DNA of 64,000 nt from Terriglobia bacterium. Lineage in GTDB: Bacteria > Acidobacteriota > Polarisedimenticolia > Polarisedimenticolales > JAIQFR01. The position numbers and the translations under genes were made by a program. Each line of letters opens with the position of its first letter. Position 1 is the stretch's first letter. The notes under the pieces are model-generated. The model ran no database searches, had not been told where the DNA came from, and worked only from the letters and a program-made list of their open reading frames with translations. Shown piece after piece: positions 46,915 through 55,916 of this stretch. Where the stretch lies: positions 288,001-352,000 of the forward strand of contig CAVVHE010000004.1 of assembly GCA_963748015.1 (NCBI GenBank). The letters run 5' to 3'.

Positions 46915-48702
46915 CTACCGGGGGGCGGGGCTCTCGTCCCGCTCCCCGGAGAGCCGATTCATGAATTCCTCGGGCGGGGAGAAGCCGAGCCGCCGCGCCG
47001 ACTCGACCTGCTCGCGAGCCTCCGCATCCCTTCCCGCCATGTGAAGCGCCACCGCAAGGTTGAATCGCGCCTCCGCGAACTCCGGGCGCAGCCGCACGGC
47101 CTCCTCGCAGTGGCGTATTCCGTCCTCGAGTCTCCCTTGCCGGGCCAAGAGAATGCCGAGGTTGTTGTGGGCCTCGGGGTAGTCCGGCTCGAGGGCGAGC
47201 GCGCGCTCGTAGCGCTCCCGTGCCTCGCCCGCGCGGCCCCGGGCCGCGAGCGCGGCTCCGAGGTTGTACTGGATTTGGGCGTCGTCCGGACGGAGCCGCG
47301 CCGCCGCCTCGTAGTGGGTCAGCGCCTCGTCCCTTCGTCCCTCGCGCGAGAGCGCGGTGCCGAGGTCGAGGTGCGCGAGGTAGTTCCCCTCCGTGACGGC
47401 CAGCGCGTGCTCGAACAGGGCGATCGAGCTCTTCCAGGTCGCGGCCTGGGCCCGGGTGAGCAGCGCGAGCGCGAGCAGAACCGCGCCGGCGGCGGCGGGC
47501 AGGGCCCATCGCGCGGCGTGCCCGGCGTCCGCGGCCCGGCCGCGTCCCTTGCCGGCCGCGGCGAGGAGCGCGCCGAGGGCGTCGGGGATCCCCCAGGCCG
47601 CCGCGACGAAGATCCCGACGAGGGGGACGTAGGTGTAGCGGTCGGCCATGGCCTGCTCGCCCACCTGTACGAGGCCGATCACCGGAAGCAGCGTGACGAG
47701 GTACCAGAGCCAGCCGGCGAGAAGGTAGGGGCGCCTTCTCCGGAGCCGCACGGCAAGAAGCGTGACGGTCACGAGGAGCGCCGCCGCGGCCGCCGGTTTC
47801 CACATGGGGAGGGAAGCCCCCGGGTGGGGATAGAACACCGCGAGTGCTGAGGGCCACGCCGTCTTGCCGAGGTACGCGGCGCAGGCGACGAGGGCGTTGG
47901 CGGCACGGACTCCGAGCGGGAACTCCTGCAGCGAGCCGACGGCGGGACCCGACGCCTGCACCGCCACGGTGACGGCGGCGGACGCCGCGGAGAGCGCGAG
48001 CAGCGGGACCTTCTCGCCGAGGAGCCGCGCCGCGCCGCGCCACGCGCCGCCTCCCGGTCCGCGGTCCGGCCATCTCGCCAGGGGCCAGAAGTCCAGGAGC
48101 AGCAGGGTCAGGGGCAGCGTCACCAGCATCGGCTTCGCCGCGAGGCCGGCGGCGAAGAGCGCCGCGGCGAGGAGATAGCGCGCCCACCCTCCGGCCCGCG
48201 TCCACCGGACGTACGCCGCGGCCGCGAGGAGCCAGAGCAGCGTGCTGAGAACGTCCTTTCGCTCTGCGACCCACGCGACCGACTCGACGTGGAGCGGGTG
48301 GAGGGCGAACAACGCCGCGGCGAAGGCGCTGCGCCCCGTCGCCCCGGTCGCGCGATCGAGCAGGAGGAAGAGCAGCACCGCGTTCGCCACGTGGAGGAGG
48401 AGGCTCGTGAGGTGGTGTCCCCACGCGGCCGCGCCGAAGAGCCGCCAGTCGATCATGTGGGACAGCCAGGTCAGCGGGTGCCAGTTCGAGGCGTACCCGC
48501 TCGTCAGCGCCCAGCGCAGCGCCTCCCAGGAGAGCCCGCCGTGCACGTTGGGGTTCCGGAGGACGTACCGCTCGTCGTCGTAGATCACGAACCCGGCGGA
48601 GAGAACGGGGGAGAACGCGGCGAGGGTCGCACCGGCGAGGAGCAGGGCGGCGAACACGCGGGTCGAGGCCGCCTTGTCGGAGGTTCGTCCGGGGCGCGTC
48701 AC
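46915..48702 (-). CDS. TMTC-like GT-C membrane protein with C-terminal TPRs
   Basis: YDDERYV, NWHPLTWLSH, HPLHVESVAW, ADRYTY and TPR motifs (AHNNLG). Confidence 0.88.
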   Translation of the reverse strand: MTRPGRTSDKAASTRVFAALLLAGATLAAFSPVLSAGFVIYDDERYVLRNPNVHGGLSWEALRWALTSGYASNWHPLTWLSHMIDWRLFGAAAWGHHLTSLLLHVANAVLLFLLLDRATGATGRSAFAAALFALHPLHVESVAWVAERKDVLSTLLWLLAAAAYVRWTRAGGWARYLLAAALFAAGLAAKPMLVTLPLTLLLLDFWPLARWPDRGPGGGAWRGAARLLGEKVPLLALSAASAAVTVAVQASGPAVGSLQEFPLGVRAANALVACAAYLGKTAWPSALAVFYPHPGASLPMWKPAAAAALLVTVTLLAVRLRRRRPYLLAGWLWYLVTLLPVIGLVQVGEQAMADRYTYVPLVGIFVAAAWGIPDALGALLAAAGKGRGRAADAGHAARWALPAAAGAVLLALALLTRAQAATWKSSIALFEHALAVTEGNYLAHLDLGTALSREGRRDEALTHYEAAARLRPDDAQIQYNLGAALAARGRAGEARERYERALALEPDYPEAHNNLGILLARQGRLEDGIRHCEEAVRLRPEFAEARFNLAVALHMAGRDAEAREQVESARRLGFSPPEEFMNRLSGERDESPAPR

Positions 48703-48851
48703 GGCGGCATTCTATCGGGAGACCGGACCGGGGCGCACGGAAATCGAGCGGTGACGCCCGCCGGCGCGGGTGCGGACCCCGCGGCGCTTCTTTGCTAGAC
48801 TACCCGCCCACCGGGGATTGCGCCGCCGGCGCCACCGGCCGAGGAGACGCC

Positions 48852-49364
48852 ATGGACCACGCCACCCGCAAGATCGTCCTGGAAGCGGTCAAGACAGCGA
48901 TCATCACGGAGCTCCGAGGGCTCGAGATTTACAAGGCGGCCGCCGAGCGCACCGCCGACCCCGCCGCGAAGCAGATGTTCCACTCCCTCGCGGAGGACGA
49001 GCGCCACCACAAGGAGTTCCTGGAGAAGAACTTCAAGAGCCTGCTGGAGTCGGGGGAGTGGTCCGTTCCCGCCACGCCCGCGAACCTCTCGCCGCTCGAC
49101 CATTCGGACATCTTGACGCCGGAGTTCCTGCAGCGGGTCAGGGGCGGGGACTTCGAGATGGCGGTCGTGGCCGCGGGGTGCCAGCTCGAGCTGTCGGCGA
49201 TCAACTTCTACAAGAAGGCCGCCGTCGAGTGCCCCGACGAGGAGTCCGCGAAGGTCTTCGGCTTCCTCGCCGACTGGGAGGCGGAGCACCTCGAGAGCCT
49301 CACCCGCCTCGAGGAGCGGATGAAGGACCAGTACTTCGCCGACCTCGGCTTCAGCCCGATGTAA
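48852..49364 (+). CDS. Rubrerythrin/ferritin-like protein
   Basis: Two E...ExxH diiron motifs (DERHH, WEAEH); GAGGAG RBS. Confidence 0.85.
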   Translation: MDHATRKIVLEAVKTAIITELRGLEIYKAAAERTADPAAKQMFHSLAEDERHHKEFLEKNFKSLLESGEWSVPATPANLSPLDHSDILTPEFLQRVRGGDFEMAVVAAGCQLELSAINFYKKAAVECPDEESAKVFGFLADWEAEHLESLTRLEERMKDQYFADLGFSPM

Positions 49365-49373
49365 CCCGCGGCC

Positions 49374-50267
49374 TCACGATCCCGAGGCGATCAGCAGGGT
49401 CGCCGCCAGCGCCGCGTTCGTCAGGAGGTTCCACCCGACGTTCGCGGCGAGCGCCGGCACCGGAACGGGCTGTTTCGGGTCCGTGAAGGCCCAGCGGAGC
49501 GGGAGCGCCAGCAGCAGCGACGGGAGCGCGGCGAACAGGCACACCTTCGGTAGGGCCTGCGCGGAAACGGCCACGAAGATCGAGGCGGGGGTCAGAAGGG
49601 CTACCGTCGCGTAGACGAGCGCCGCAGCACGCCGCCCGAGCAGGATGACGAGATGCTTCCTCCCTCCCTCGCGATCCGCCTCCACGTCGGGGAATTCGTT
49701 CAGCAGGAGAAGGTTGAAGGTCATCAGGAACGCGGGAACTGCGGCGGCGAACGCCTCGACCGGAAGGTTGCCGTTCTGGACCAACGCGGTACCCAGGACG
49801 GGGAGCGCGCCGAGGCCCAGTCCCGCCGCGAGCTCACCCGCTCCCCGGCGCGCAAGGATATCGGCGTAGGCGAGCACGCACACCGCCCCGACCACGAGGA
49901 TCGGGAGGAGGACCGGGCCGACCTCGAGGAGCAGCACGATGCCGATCGCGAGACCGATCCCCGCCGTGGCGAGCCCGAAGAGAAAGGCGGCCCGCGGAGG
50001 CAGCGCTCCCGCGGGCAGGGTCCCGCTTCCTCCCGAGAACGGCGTGCGCCGGGTCTTGAGATCGATCCCGGTCCTGAAATCGCTCGCCTCGTTCAGCGCG
50101 TTCACCGAGATGTGGAGGGCCACGAGGCCGACGAGCGACAGCAGCGTCCGGCGCCAGTCCACGACGTCGGCGTAGGCGGCCGCCGCCGCTCCCGAAGCGA
50201 CCAGGGTGACGGGAAGGAGGAGAAACGGCGCGCGCGCCACGCCGAGCCAGGCCTTCAAGGTCGCCAT
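49374..50267 (-). CDS. menA: UbiA-family prenyltransferase, MenA-like
   Basis: RAPFL, NALNEASDFRTGID, PFSGGS and NEFPDVEAD motifs. Confidence 0.8.
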   Translation of the reverse strand: MATLKAWLGVARAPFLLLPVTLVASGAAAAAYADVVDWRRTLLSLVGLVALHISVNALNEASDFRTGIDLKTRRTPFSGGSGTLPAGALPPRAAFLFGLATAGIGLAIGIVLLLEVGPVLLPILVVGAVCVLAYADILARRGAGELAAGLGLGALPVLGTALVQNGNLPVEAFAAAVPAFLMTFNLLLLNEFPDVEADREGGRKHLVILLGRRAAALVYATVALLTPASIFVAVSAQALPKVCLFAALPSLLLALPLRWAFTDPKQPVPVPALAANVGWNLLTNAALAATLLIASGS

Positions 50268-50429
50268 GACACCCTCCGGTTCTCCCGCCCATTCTAGCCC
50301 TCCCGGCCGAGGGGAGCGCGGGGCCGCGGGGCGCCCCAAGGGGATGCGGATCGCGCCCACCCGTTGCATAATGCCCCGGCCAACGCGGTACCGGACGGGT
50401 GGTCCGGCCCACCCATCGAGGAGAGGCTC

Positions 50430-50933
50430 ATGAATCGCAAGAAGAGTATCGACCTGCTCAACCACGCGGCCGCCGACGAGCTCCATGCGGTGCACCAGTA
50501 CATGTACTTCCACTTCCACCTCGACGACCAGGGGTTCGGGCCCCTGGCGATGCTCTTCAAGAGGACCGCGATCGAGGAGATGATGCACATCGAGCTCCTC
50601 GCCGAGCGGATCCTGTTCCTGAAGGGGGAGGTGGAGCTGGTCGCGGCGGGCGAGGTCGAGAAGATCAACGAGCCGCAGGCGATGCTCCTCAAGGCGGCCC
50701 AGATGGAACAGTCCAGCGCGGCGTTCTACAACAAGGCCGCGTCGGAGTGCGGCTCGCTGCAGGACTCCGCGTCGAAGCAGATCTTCGAGCGGCTGGTCGG
50801 CGACGAGGAGCGTCACTTCGACCAGTACGACAAGCAGCTCGAGCACATCAAGCAGTTCGGCGAGAAGTACCTCGCGCTGCAGTCCTTCGCCGGCCCGGGC
50901 GACGCGGGCGGCCCGCCTGCCACCAAGCCCTGA
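50430..50933 (+). CDS. bfr: Bacterioferritin
   Basis: ELHAVHQY, IEEMMH (heme Met), ERILFL and DEERH motifs. Confidence 0.9.
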   Translation: MNRKKSIDLLNHAAADELHAVHQYMYFHFHLDDQGFGPLAMLFKRTAIEEMMHIELLAERILFLKGEVELVAAGEVEKINEPQAMLLKAAQMEQSSAAFYNKAASECGSLQDSASKQIFERLVGDEERHFDQYDKQLEHIKQFGEKYLALQSFAGPGDAGGPPATKP

Positions 50934-51103
50934 TTCCACGGCGCGGGGGGGGACGCCCGGACGCGGACCGGGCGCCCGCGGGTTTGCCGGAAAATCGAAA
51001 AAAGACCTGACATGGCTCGGGTCGAGTTGTATCTAGTAGTTAGACAAGTTCGTGCCGGCGGGAGCGGGAAGACTCGATCGTCACTACCGGCTGATGTAGC
51101 GGA

Positions 51104-51119
51104 TTGGCACGTCGGGAGC
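51104..51119 (+). promoter_or_regulatory. Possible sigma54 promoter upstream of the activator gene
   Basis: TTGGCACGTCGGGAGC has a perfect -24 element and GG-N10-GC spacing but a weak -12. Confidence 0.4.
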
Positions 51120-51183
51120 CGCAGTCGATAACGGGGCAGTGGGCGCCCCGAATCGACCTGCGTCGCCAAGGAGGCGATTCCAC

Positions 51184-52185
51184 ATGACGCCGACCGCCGC
51201 TAGCACCGACGTCTCGATTTCCGGTTTCAACCGGCTCTTCCTGGGCTCGAGCCTGGCCGCCTGCAAGGTGCGCGATGCCGTACGGCGCGCCGCCAAGATC
51301 GACCTGCCGGTCCTGGTCGTCGGGGAGAGCGGCTCGGGCAAGGAGCTCGTTGCCCGGGAGATCCACCTGCGGTCCGTGCGCTCCCGCGGAGCGTTCGTAC
51401 CGCTCAACTGCGCGGCGATTCCCGACACCCTCATCGAGTCCGAGCTCTTCGGCCACGAGGCCGGCGCCTACACGGATGCCCACGGCGTCCGCCGCGGCTA
51501 CTTCGAGATGGCCCACCAGGGGACTCTCTTCCTGGACGAGATCGGCGACCTGAGCGCGACCGCGCAGCCGAAGCTCCTTCGGGCCCTCGAGACCCGCGAG
51601 GTGTTCCGCGTCGGCAGCGAGTCTCCCAAGCCCGTGGATGTCCGCATCATCGCCGCGACGAATCACAACCTCGCGGAGATGACCCGGGAGAAGAAGTTCA
51701 GGCTCGACCTCTACTTCCGGATCCGGATCCTCGAGGTCTCTATCCCCCCGCTCCGGGAGAGGCTCGACGACATCCCGGAGCTGGCGGAGCACTTCGCCCG
51801 GCTCGTCGCGCGGGCCAACAACCGCGAGTTCCTGTCGATCACGCCGCCCGCGATCGAGCTCCTGCGCTCGTACCCCTGGCCCGGCAACGTACGGGAGTTG
51901 CGCTCTGTCATGGAGCGGGCCATCGCCTCGACCTCCGGCCCGGTTCTCGACGAGACCTGCTTCGCGCTCGATCCGACCTCCGGCACCGGCCTCGTGTTTC
52001 CGAACATCCTGCAGAAGGACTGGAAGGAGGCCCGGCGCAGATTCGAGTGGGCCTACGTCAACTACCTTCTCGGGAGGTTCAAGGGAAACGTCGGAGAAGC
52101 GGCTCACGCCGCCGGCCTGACGCCTCGCGGCCTCCACAAGATGCTGCATCGCCTCGGCCTGCGGCCCGATCGCTGGTTCTCCTGA
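51184..52185 (+). CDS. Sigma54-dependent activator (AAA+ and Fis-type HTH, no sensory domain)
   Basis: GESGSGKE, ESELFGH, GAYTDA, LFLDEI, FRLDLYFR and WPGNVREL motifs; C-terminal HTH. Confidence 0.92.
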   Translation: MTPTAASTDVSISGFNRLFLGSSLAACKVRDAVRRAAKIDLPVLVVGESGSGKELVAREIHLRSVRSRGAFVPLNCAAIPDTLIESELFGHEAGAYTDAHGVRRGYFEMAHQGTLFLDEIGDLSATAQPKLLRALETREVFRVGSESPKPVDVRIIAATNHNLAEMTREKKFRLDLYFRIRILEVSIPPLRERLDDIPELAEHFARLVARANNREFLSITPPAIELLRSYPWPGNVRELRSVMERAIASTSGPVLDETCFALDPTSGTGLVFPNILQKDWKEARRRFEWAYVNYLLGRFKGNVGEAAHAAGLTPRGLHKMLHRLGLRPDRWFS

Positions 52186-52349
52186 CCCCTGCGCGCCGGA
52201 GGGGGAGGAGGGCAAGGCCAGGGAGAAGCGGCTCGGGCCGCCGGCCTGGCGCCTCGCAGCCTCTACAACTTGCTGCATCGCCTCGGCCTGCGGCCCGATC
52301 GCTGGTTCTCCTGACCCCTGCGCGCCGGAGGGGGGAGGAGGGCAAGGCC
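52093..52349 (+). repeat. Tandem duplication (129-bp period) of the activator HTH-coding 3' end
   Basis: 52093-52219 versus 52222-52349: seven substitutions clustered in the first ~50 bp, then identical except for one extra G. Confidence 0.9.
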
Positions 52350-52858
52350 TATTCGAGGCGCGCAGCCAGGAGAACGCTCGACGCGGGGTCCTCGACGAGC
52401 CCGCTGCCACCGCCCGGGTTCCCCGCGACCTGGACCCCCGGAACGGCGCGGGAATTCCACAGCCTGTAAGAGAACACCTTGCCGTTCGAGGCCACGGTGT
52501 AGCCGACGAGCCTGAGACGTCCCTCTTCCGCATAGAAGAGAGCGGAAGGCGAGGCTTCCTTGGGAGTCTCCGCGTTCGAGACGCGGCTCATGAGGAAGCC
52601 GACCGGCATGCGCTCGATGTACACCCGGTGCAGCCCGGTGACGGGGTTGAAGTTCCGGTTGAGGCAGAGTCTCAGCTCGCCGGCCGGGTAGACCGTGCCG
52701 TCCGGCATCACGAACGGGGCCGGGACGTCGATCGCGATGCAGTGGGCGGGCACGACGGCCCAGGCTGCCCCGCCGACGGCGAGGCAGGCCAGCACCGCGG
52801 CGAGCCGGCCCGATACGAGCAACGCGCTCCGCTTCACCAATCCGCCGTTCCTCTTCAT
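52349..52858 (-). CDS. Secreted hypothetical protein, paralog A
   Basis: Signal peptide ending AWA; VPAPFVMPDGTVYPAGEL; conserved Cys pair; clear paralog at 55917-56426. Confidence 0.85.
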   Translation of the reverse strand: MKRNGGLVKRSALLVSGRLAAVLACLAVGGAAWAVVPAHCIAIDVPAPFVMPDGTVYPAGELRLCLNRNFNPVTGLHRVYIERMPVGFLMSRVSNAETPKEASPSALFYAEEGRLRLVGYTVASNGKVFSYRLWNSRAVPGVQVAGNPGGGSGLVEDPASSVLLAARLE

Positions 52859-52899
52859 GGCCCACCCCCTTTCACTACTCTGTTACGCCTCACTGCCCC

Positions 52900-52916
52900 A
52901 GCAGGTTTCGCGCCAA
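52900..52916 (-). promoter_or_regulatory. Sigma54 promoter of paralog A
   Basis: Minus strand TTGGCGCGAAACCTGCT (GG-N10-GC); conserved in copy B. Confidence 0.75.
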
Positions 52917-52956
52917 CCCGGATCGACGACAACTCAACGAAATTCACCACGCGCGT

Positions 52957-52990
52957 GAACTTCGGTTCCCGAAACAGGGAACCGCGGTTC
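52957..52990. promoter_or_regulatory. Twin GAAC-N4-GTTC dyads (putative enhancer) for paralog A
   Basis: Dyads at 52957-52968 and 52979-52990, 22 bp apart, 40 bp from the -24 element. Confidence 0.7.
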
Positions 52991-53031
52991 ACTGCCCCGG
53001 GCGGAGTGGATCTCTTTGTGTCTTTCCGGGG

Positions 53032-53937
53032 TCAGCCGCGGCTGGCGGGCCAGAGGCAGGCGGCGCCGCGCACGCCGCTCGAGTCGCCGTGGGCGGGCGG
53101 CACCAGACGGGTATCCACGCGGTCGGAGAAAACCCAGCGGGCCCAGCTCGCGGGGACGGCGGCGTAGACACGCTCGAGGTTCGACAGCCCGCCGCCCAGG
53201 ACGATGACCTCGGGGTCGAGCAGGTTGATCACGGCGGCGAGCCCGCGCGCGAGACGCTCCTCGAAGCGCGCGAGGCAGGCCTCCGCGGACGCGTCTCCCT
53301 CGAGTGCGCGGGCGGCGATCTCGGGCGGCTCCAGTGTCTCTCCCGTCGCTTCGCGAAAATCGAGCGCCATTCCGGGCCCGGACAGGAACCGCTCGATGCA
53401 GCCGGTCCGCCCGCAGTAGCAGGACGGGCCGGGCCACTCGCCGGTTGCGGGCCAGGGCAGGGGATTGTGGCCCCACTCCCCACCGATCGCGTTCGGCCCC
53501 GTGACGATCCGGCCGTCCACGACGATGCCGCCGCCGACGCCGGTCCCGAGGATCGCTCCGAACACGGTCTTGGCACCGGCGGCGGCGCCGTCCCGCGCCT
53601 CGGAGAGCGCGAAGCAGTCGGCGTCGTTCGCGAAGCGCAGCGGCCGGTCGAGCCGCGCCGCGAGGTCCCCGGCCAGCGGCTTGCCGTTGAGCCAGACGGA
53701 GTTCGAGTTCTTGATCATCCCGGTGGCGGGCGAGATCGCCCCCGGGGTTCCGACGCCCACGCTGGCCCGCTCGCCGATCTCCTCCTCGAGCGTCTCGACC
53801 AGCTCGACGATGGCGCGGAGCGTGCCCCGGTAGTCGTTCCGGGGAGTAGCCACCCGCTTCCGGTCGAAGACCGCCCCGTCCGAGGTGAGCGCGATCGCCT
53901 CGATCTTCGTCCCGCCGAGGTCCACGCCGATGCGCAA
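53032..53937 (-). CDS. mak: ROK-family sugar kinase (fructokinase Mak-like)
   Basis: GVDLGGTKIE, NDADCFALSE, GTGVGGG, GEWGH and CYCGRTGCIE motifs. Confidence 0.9.
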   Translation of the reverse strand: MRIGVDLGGTKIEAIALTSDGAVFDRKRVATPRNDYRGTLRAIVELVETLEEEIGERASVGVGTPGAISPATGMIKNSNSVWLNGKPLAGDLAARLDRPLRFANDADCFALSEARDGAAAGAKTVFGAILGTGVGGGIVVDGRIVTGPNAIGGEWGHNPLPWPATGEWPGPSCYCGRTGCIERFLSGPGMALDFREATGETLEPPEIAARALEGDASAEACLARFEERLARGLAAVINLLDPEVIVLGGGLSNLERVYAAVPASWARWVFSDRVDTRLVPPAHGDSSGVRGAACLWPASRG

Positions 53938-53967
53938 GGCAGTGCCCCTCCGGGGCTCGGGGCCGAT

Positions 53968-55092
53968 CTATCCGAGGTGGGGGGAAGTTCTGAGAGGTCG
54001 GCGAGCCGGGCGCCCCATCTGCCTCAAGAACCTGAGGTGGGAGCGCAACGCGCCGAAGAACGTCTCGTGGGTCAGGAGAGGCACCCCGTGCTCCCGGCAG
54101 ACCTCTCGCGTGATCGGGGCCAAGGCCGGGTAGTGAACGTGGCTGATCCGGGGGAAGAGGTGGTGCTCCACCTGGAAGTTCAACCCGCCGAGGTACCAGG
54201 TCAGCCAGCGGCTCCGCGGAGCGAAGTCCACCGTCGTGGCCAGCTGGTGCTCGAAGAAGCTGCGCTCGATCCGCCGTTCCGTGGCCGGCTTCTGCTCGAT
54301 GGTCGCTTCCTCGACGCAGTGGGCCAGCTGGAACACCGTGGCCAGCGTCACCCCGAGCGCGAGCGAATAGAAGGCATAGATCAGCAGCACGGGCAGAACG
54401 GGGTGCAACGCCAGCGGCAGCGCCAGGGTCCAGCCCACGTAGAAGAGCTTACCGCCGATCAGGATCGCCAGGTCCAAGCCCCGGGGGCGCGGGATCCGCT
54501 GCGCCCCGATCCGTCCTCGGACCAGGCTCCGGAAATCGTCGTAGAGCGCCCACTTCGGCGGGAAGAAGGCGTAGAGGACCCACGAGTACAGGTACTGAAA
54601 CCGGTGATACCAGCGCCGCGGCTGTCCGGGTGCCAGGCGGAGGAACGGCGCCCCGTCGATGTCGTCGTCCACGCCGTCGATGTTGGTGTACTGATGGTGG
54701 ATGATGTTGTGCTTGAAGTTCCAGAAATACGAGCTTCCGCCGACGAGGTCGAGCGTCCAGGCCGAAAAGCGGTTGCCGAAGCGACGACGCGCGTAAGAGC
54801 CGTGCCCGCCGTCGTGCTGGATGTTGAAGCCGACGCCGGCCACCGCAAGCCCCAGCGAGACCGCCAGGGGGAGGGCCTGCCACCACGTCGACGCCCAGAA
54901 AACGAGCAGGGCATACGAAAGCACCAGCCAGGCGACGATCAGCGCCGACTTGACGTACATGCGGAAGCCGCCGTCCCGGCGGCGCCCGGTTCGGTCGAAG
55001 TACGCCTGGACGCGATCGAGGAGAGCCGCCCGAAGGGGCGAGTGGGGCGGATACTTGACCGCGGTGGCTTCCGCGCTGGTGGTCTGTGACAA
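53968..55092 (-). CDS. Membrane acyl-CoA/fatty acid desaturase
   Basis: His boxes HDGGH, HNIIHH and QVEHH. The likely TTG start at 55092 has a GGGAGA RBS. Confidence 0.9.
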   Translation of the reverse strand: MSQTTSAEATAVKYPPHSPLRAALLDRVQAYFDRTGRRRDGGFRMYVKSALIVAWLVLSYALLVFWASTWWQALPLAVSLGLAVAGVGFNIQHDGGHGSYARRRFGNRFSAWTLDLVGGSSYFWNFKHNIIHHQYTNIDGVDDDIDGAPFLRLAPGQPRRWYHRFQYLYSWVLYAFFPPKWALYDDFRSLVRGRIGAQRIPRPRGLDLAILIGGKLFYVGWTLALPLALHPVLPVLLIYAFYSLALGVTLATVFQLAHCVEEATIEQKPATERRIERSFFEHQLATTVDFAPRSRWLTWYLGGLNFQVEHHLFPRISHVHYPALAPITREVCREHGVPLLTHETFFGALRSHLRFLRQMGRPARRPLRTSPHLG

Positions 55093-55139
55093 GTGAGAAT
55101 CTCCCAGACGGCGAGAGCTCCGCCGCGCCGCCTGAGCTA

Positions 55140-55168
55140 ACGGTAGCAATCTGGACAATAATTGTCAA
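55140..55168 (-). promoter_or_regulatory. Sigma70 promoter of the desaturase with overlapping palindromic operator
   Basis: TTGACA-17 bp-TACCGT on the minus strand; perfect dyad GACAAT-A-ATTGTC at 55154-55166. Confidence 0.65.
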
Positions 55169-55266
55169 CAGCTAGCTCTCGCCCACGATGCCGAGCGACC
55201 GGCGGGGAGCGTAAACTCGAGGACTCCGCGCCGGGGGAGCGCATCGGTTCATCACGAGGAGGGATC

Positions 55267-55731
55267 GTGCTCGACATCTACGTGGACGGCGACGGTTGCC
55301 CGGTCAAGAAAGAGGTCTACCGGGTCGCGGAGCGCTACGAGCTGAAGGTGCTCGTGGTGGCACACGTGCCGCTTCACGTTCCGTCCACGGGCCGGATCGA
55401 GCGGGTGAGGGTCAAGCCGGGGTTCGGGGCCGCCGACGACTGGATCGCGGAGCACATCCAGGAAGACGACATCGCGGTCACCGCCGACATCCCTCTCGCC
55501 GACCGCTGCCTCAAGCGCGGCGCGCGCGTCGTCGCCCCCGACGGCCGCCTGTTCACGGAGGCGATGATCGGGGAAGCCCTGGCCAGCCGCGAGCTCATGG
55601 ATCAGCTGAGGCAGATGGGGGAGGTGACGGGCGGACCGAGGCCTTTCGCTCCCACCGATCGCTCGCGGTTCCTCTCCCGCCTCGACGAGGTCATCGTCGC
55701 CGTGCGCCTCGGCAAGGCGAGGAGACAGTAG
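55267..55731 (+). CDS. YaiI/YqxD (UPF0178) family protein
   Basis: IYVDGDGCPVK, AADDWI, TADIPLA and GGPRPF motifs. Confidence 0.9.
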   Translation: MLDIYVDGDGCPVKKEVYRVAERYELKVLVVAHVPLHVPSTGRIERVRVKPGFGAADDWIAEHIQEDDIAVTADIPLADRCLKRGARVVAPDGRLFTEAMIGEALASRELMDQLRQMGEVTGGPRPFAPTDRSRFLSRLDEVIVAVRLGKARRQ

Positions 55732-55793
55732 GCCGTCCTCGAGACGACCGGCCTTCCATCGCACGAGACAACCCCGTCAAGAAACGCCGCATT

Positions 55794-55827
55794 GAACCGC
55801 GGTTCCCTGATTCGGGAACCGGAGTTC
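55794..55827. promoter_or_regulatory. Twin GAAC-N4-GTTC dyads (putative enhancer) for paralog B
   Basis: Dyads at 55794-55805 and 55816-55827, with the same 22-bp and 40-bp spacings as copy A. Confidence 0.7.
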
Positions 55828-55867
55828 ACGAGGCCGTCGAATTACGTGGTCTTCTCGTCCGCTCGCG

Positions 55868-55884
55868 TTGGCGCAAATCCTGCT
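55868..55884 (+). promoter_or_regulatory. Sigma54 promoter of paralog B
   Basis: TTGGCGCAAATCCTGCT (GG-N10-GC). Confidence 0.75.
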
Positions 55885-55916
55885 GGAGCATCACGGTCAG
55901 AGACAGGGGGTGCGCC

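Noticed and set aside
52093..52349. Diversity-generating retroelement (TR/VR) or CRISPR interpretation of the repeat
   Set aside because: The differences are not adenine-specific, no reverse transcriptase is in the window, and there is no repeat-spacer structure.
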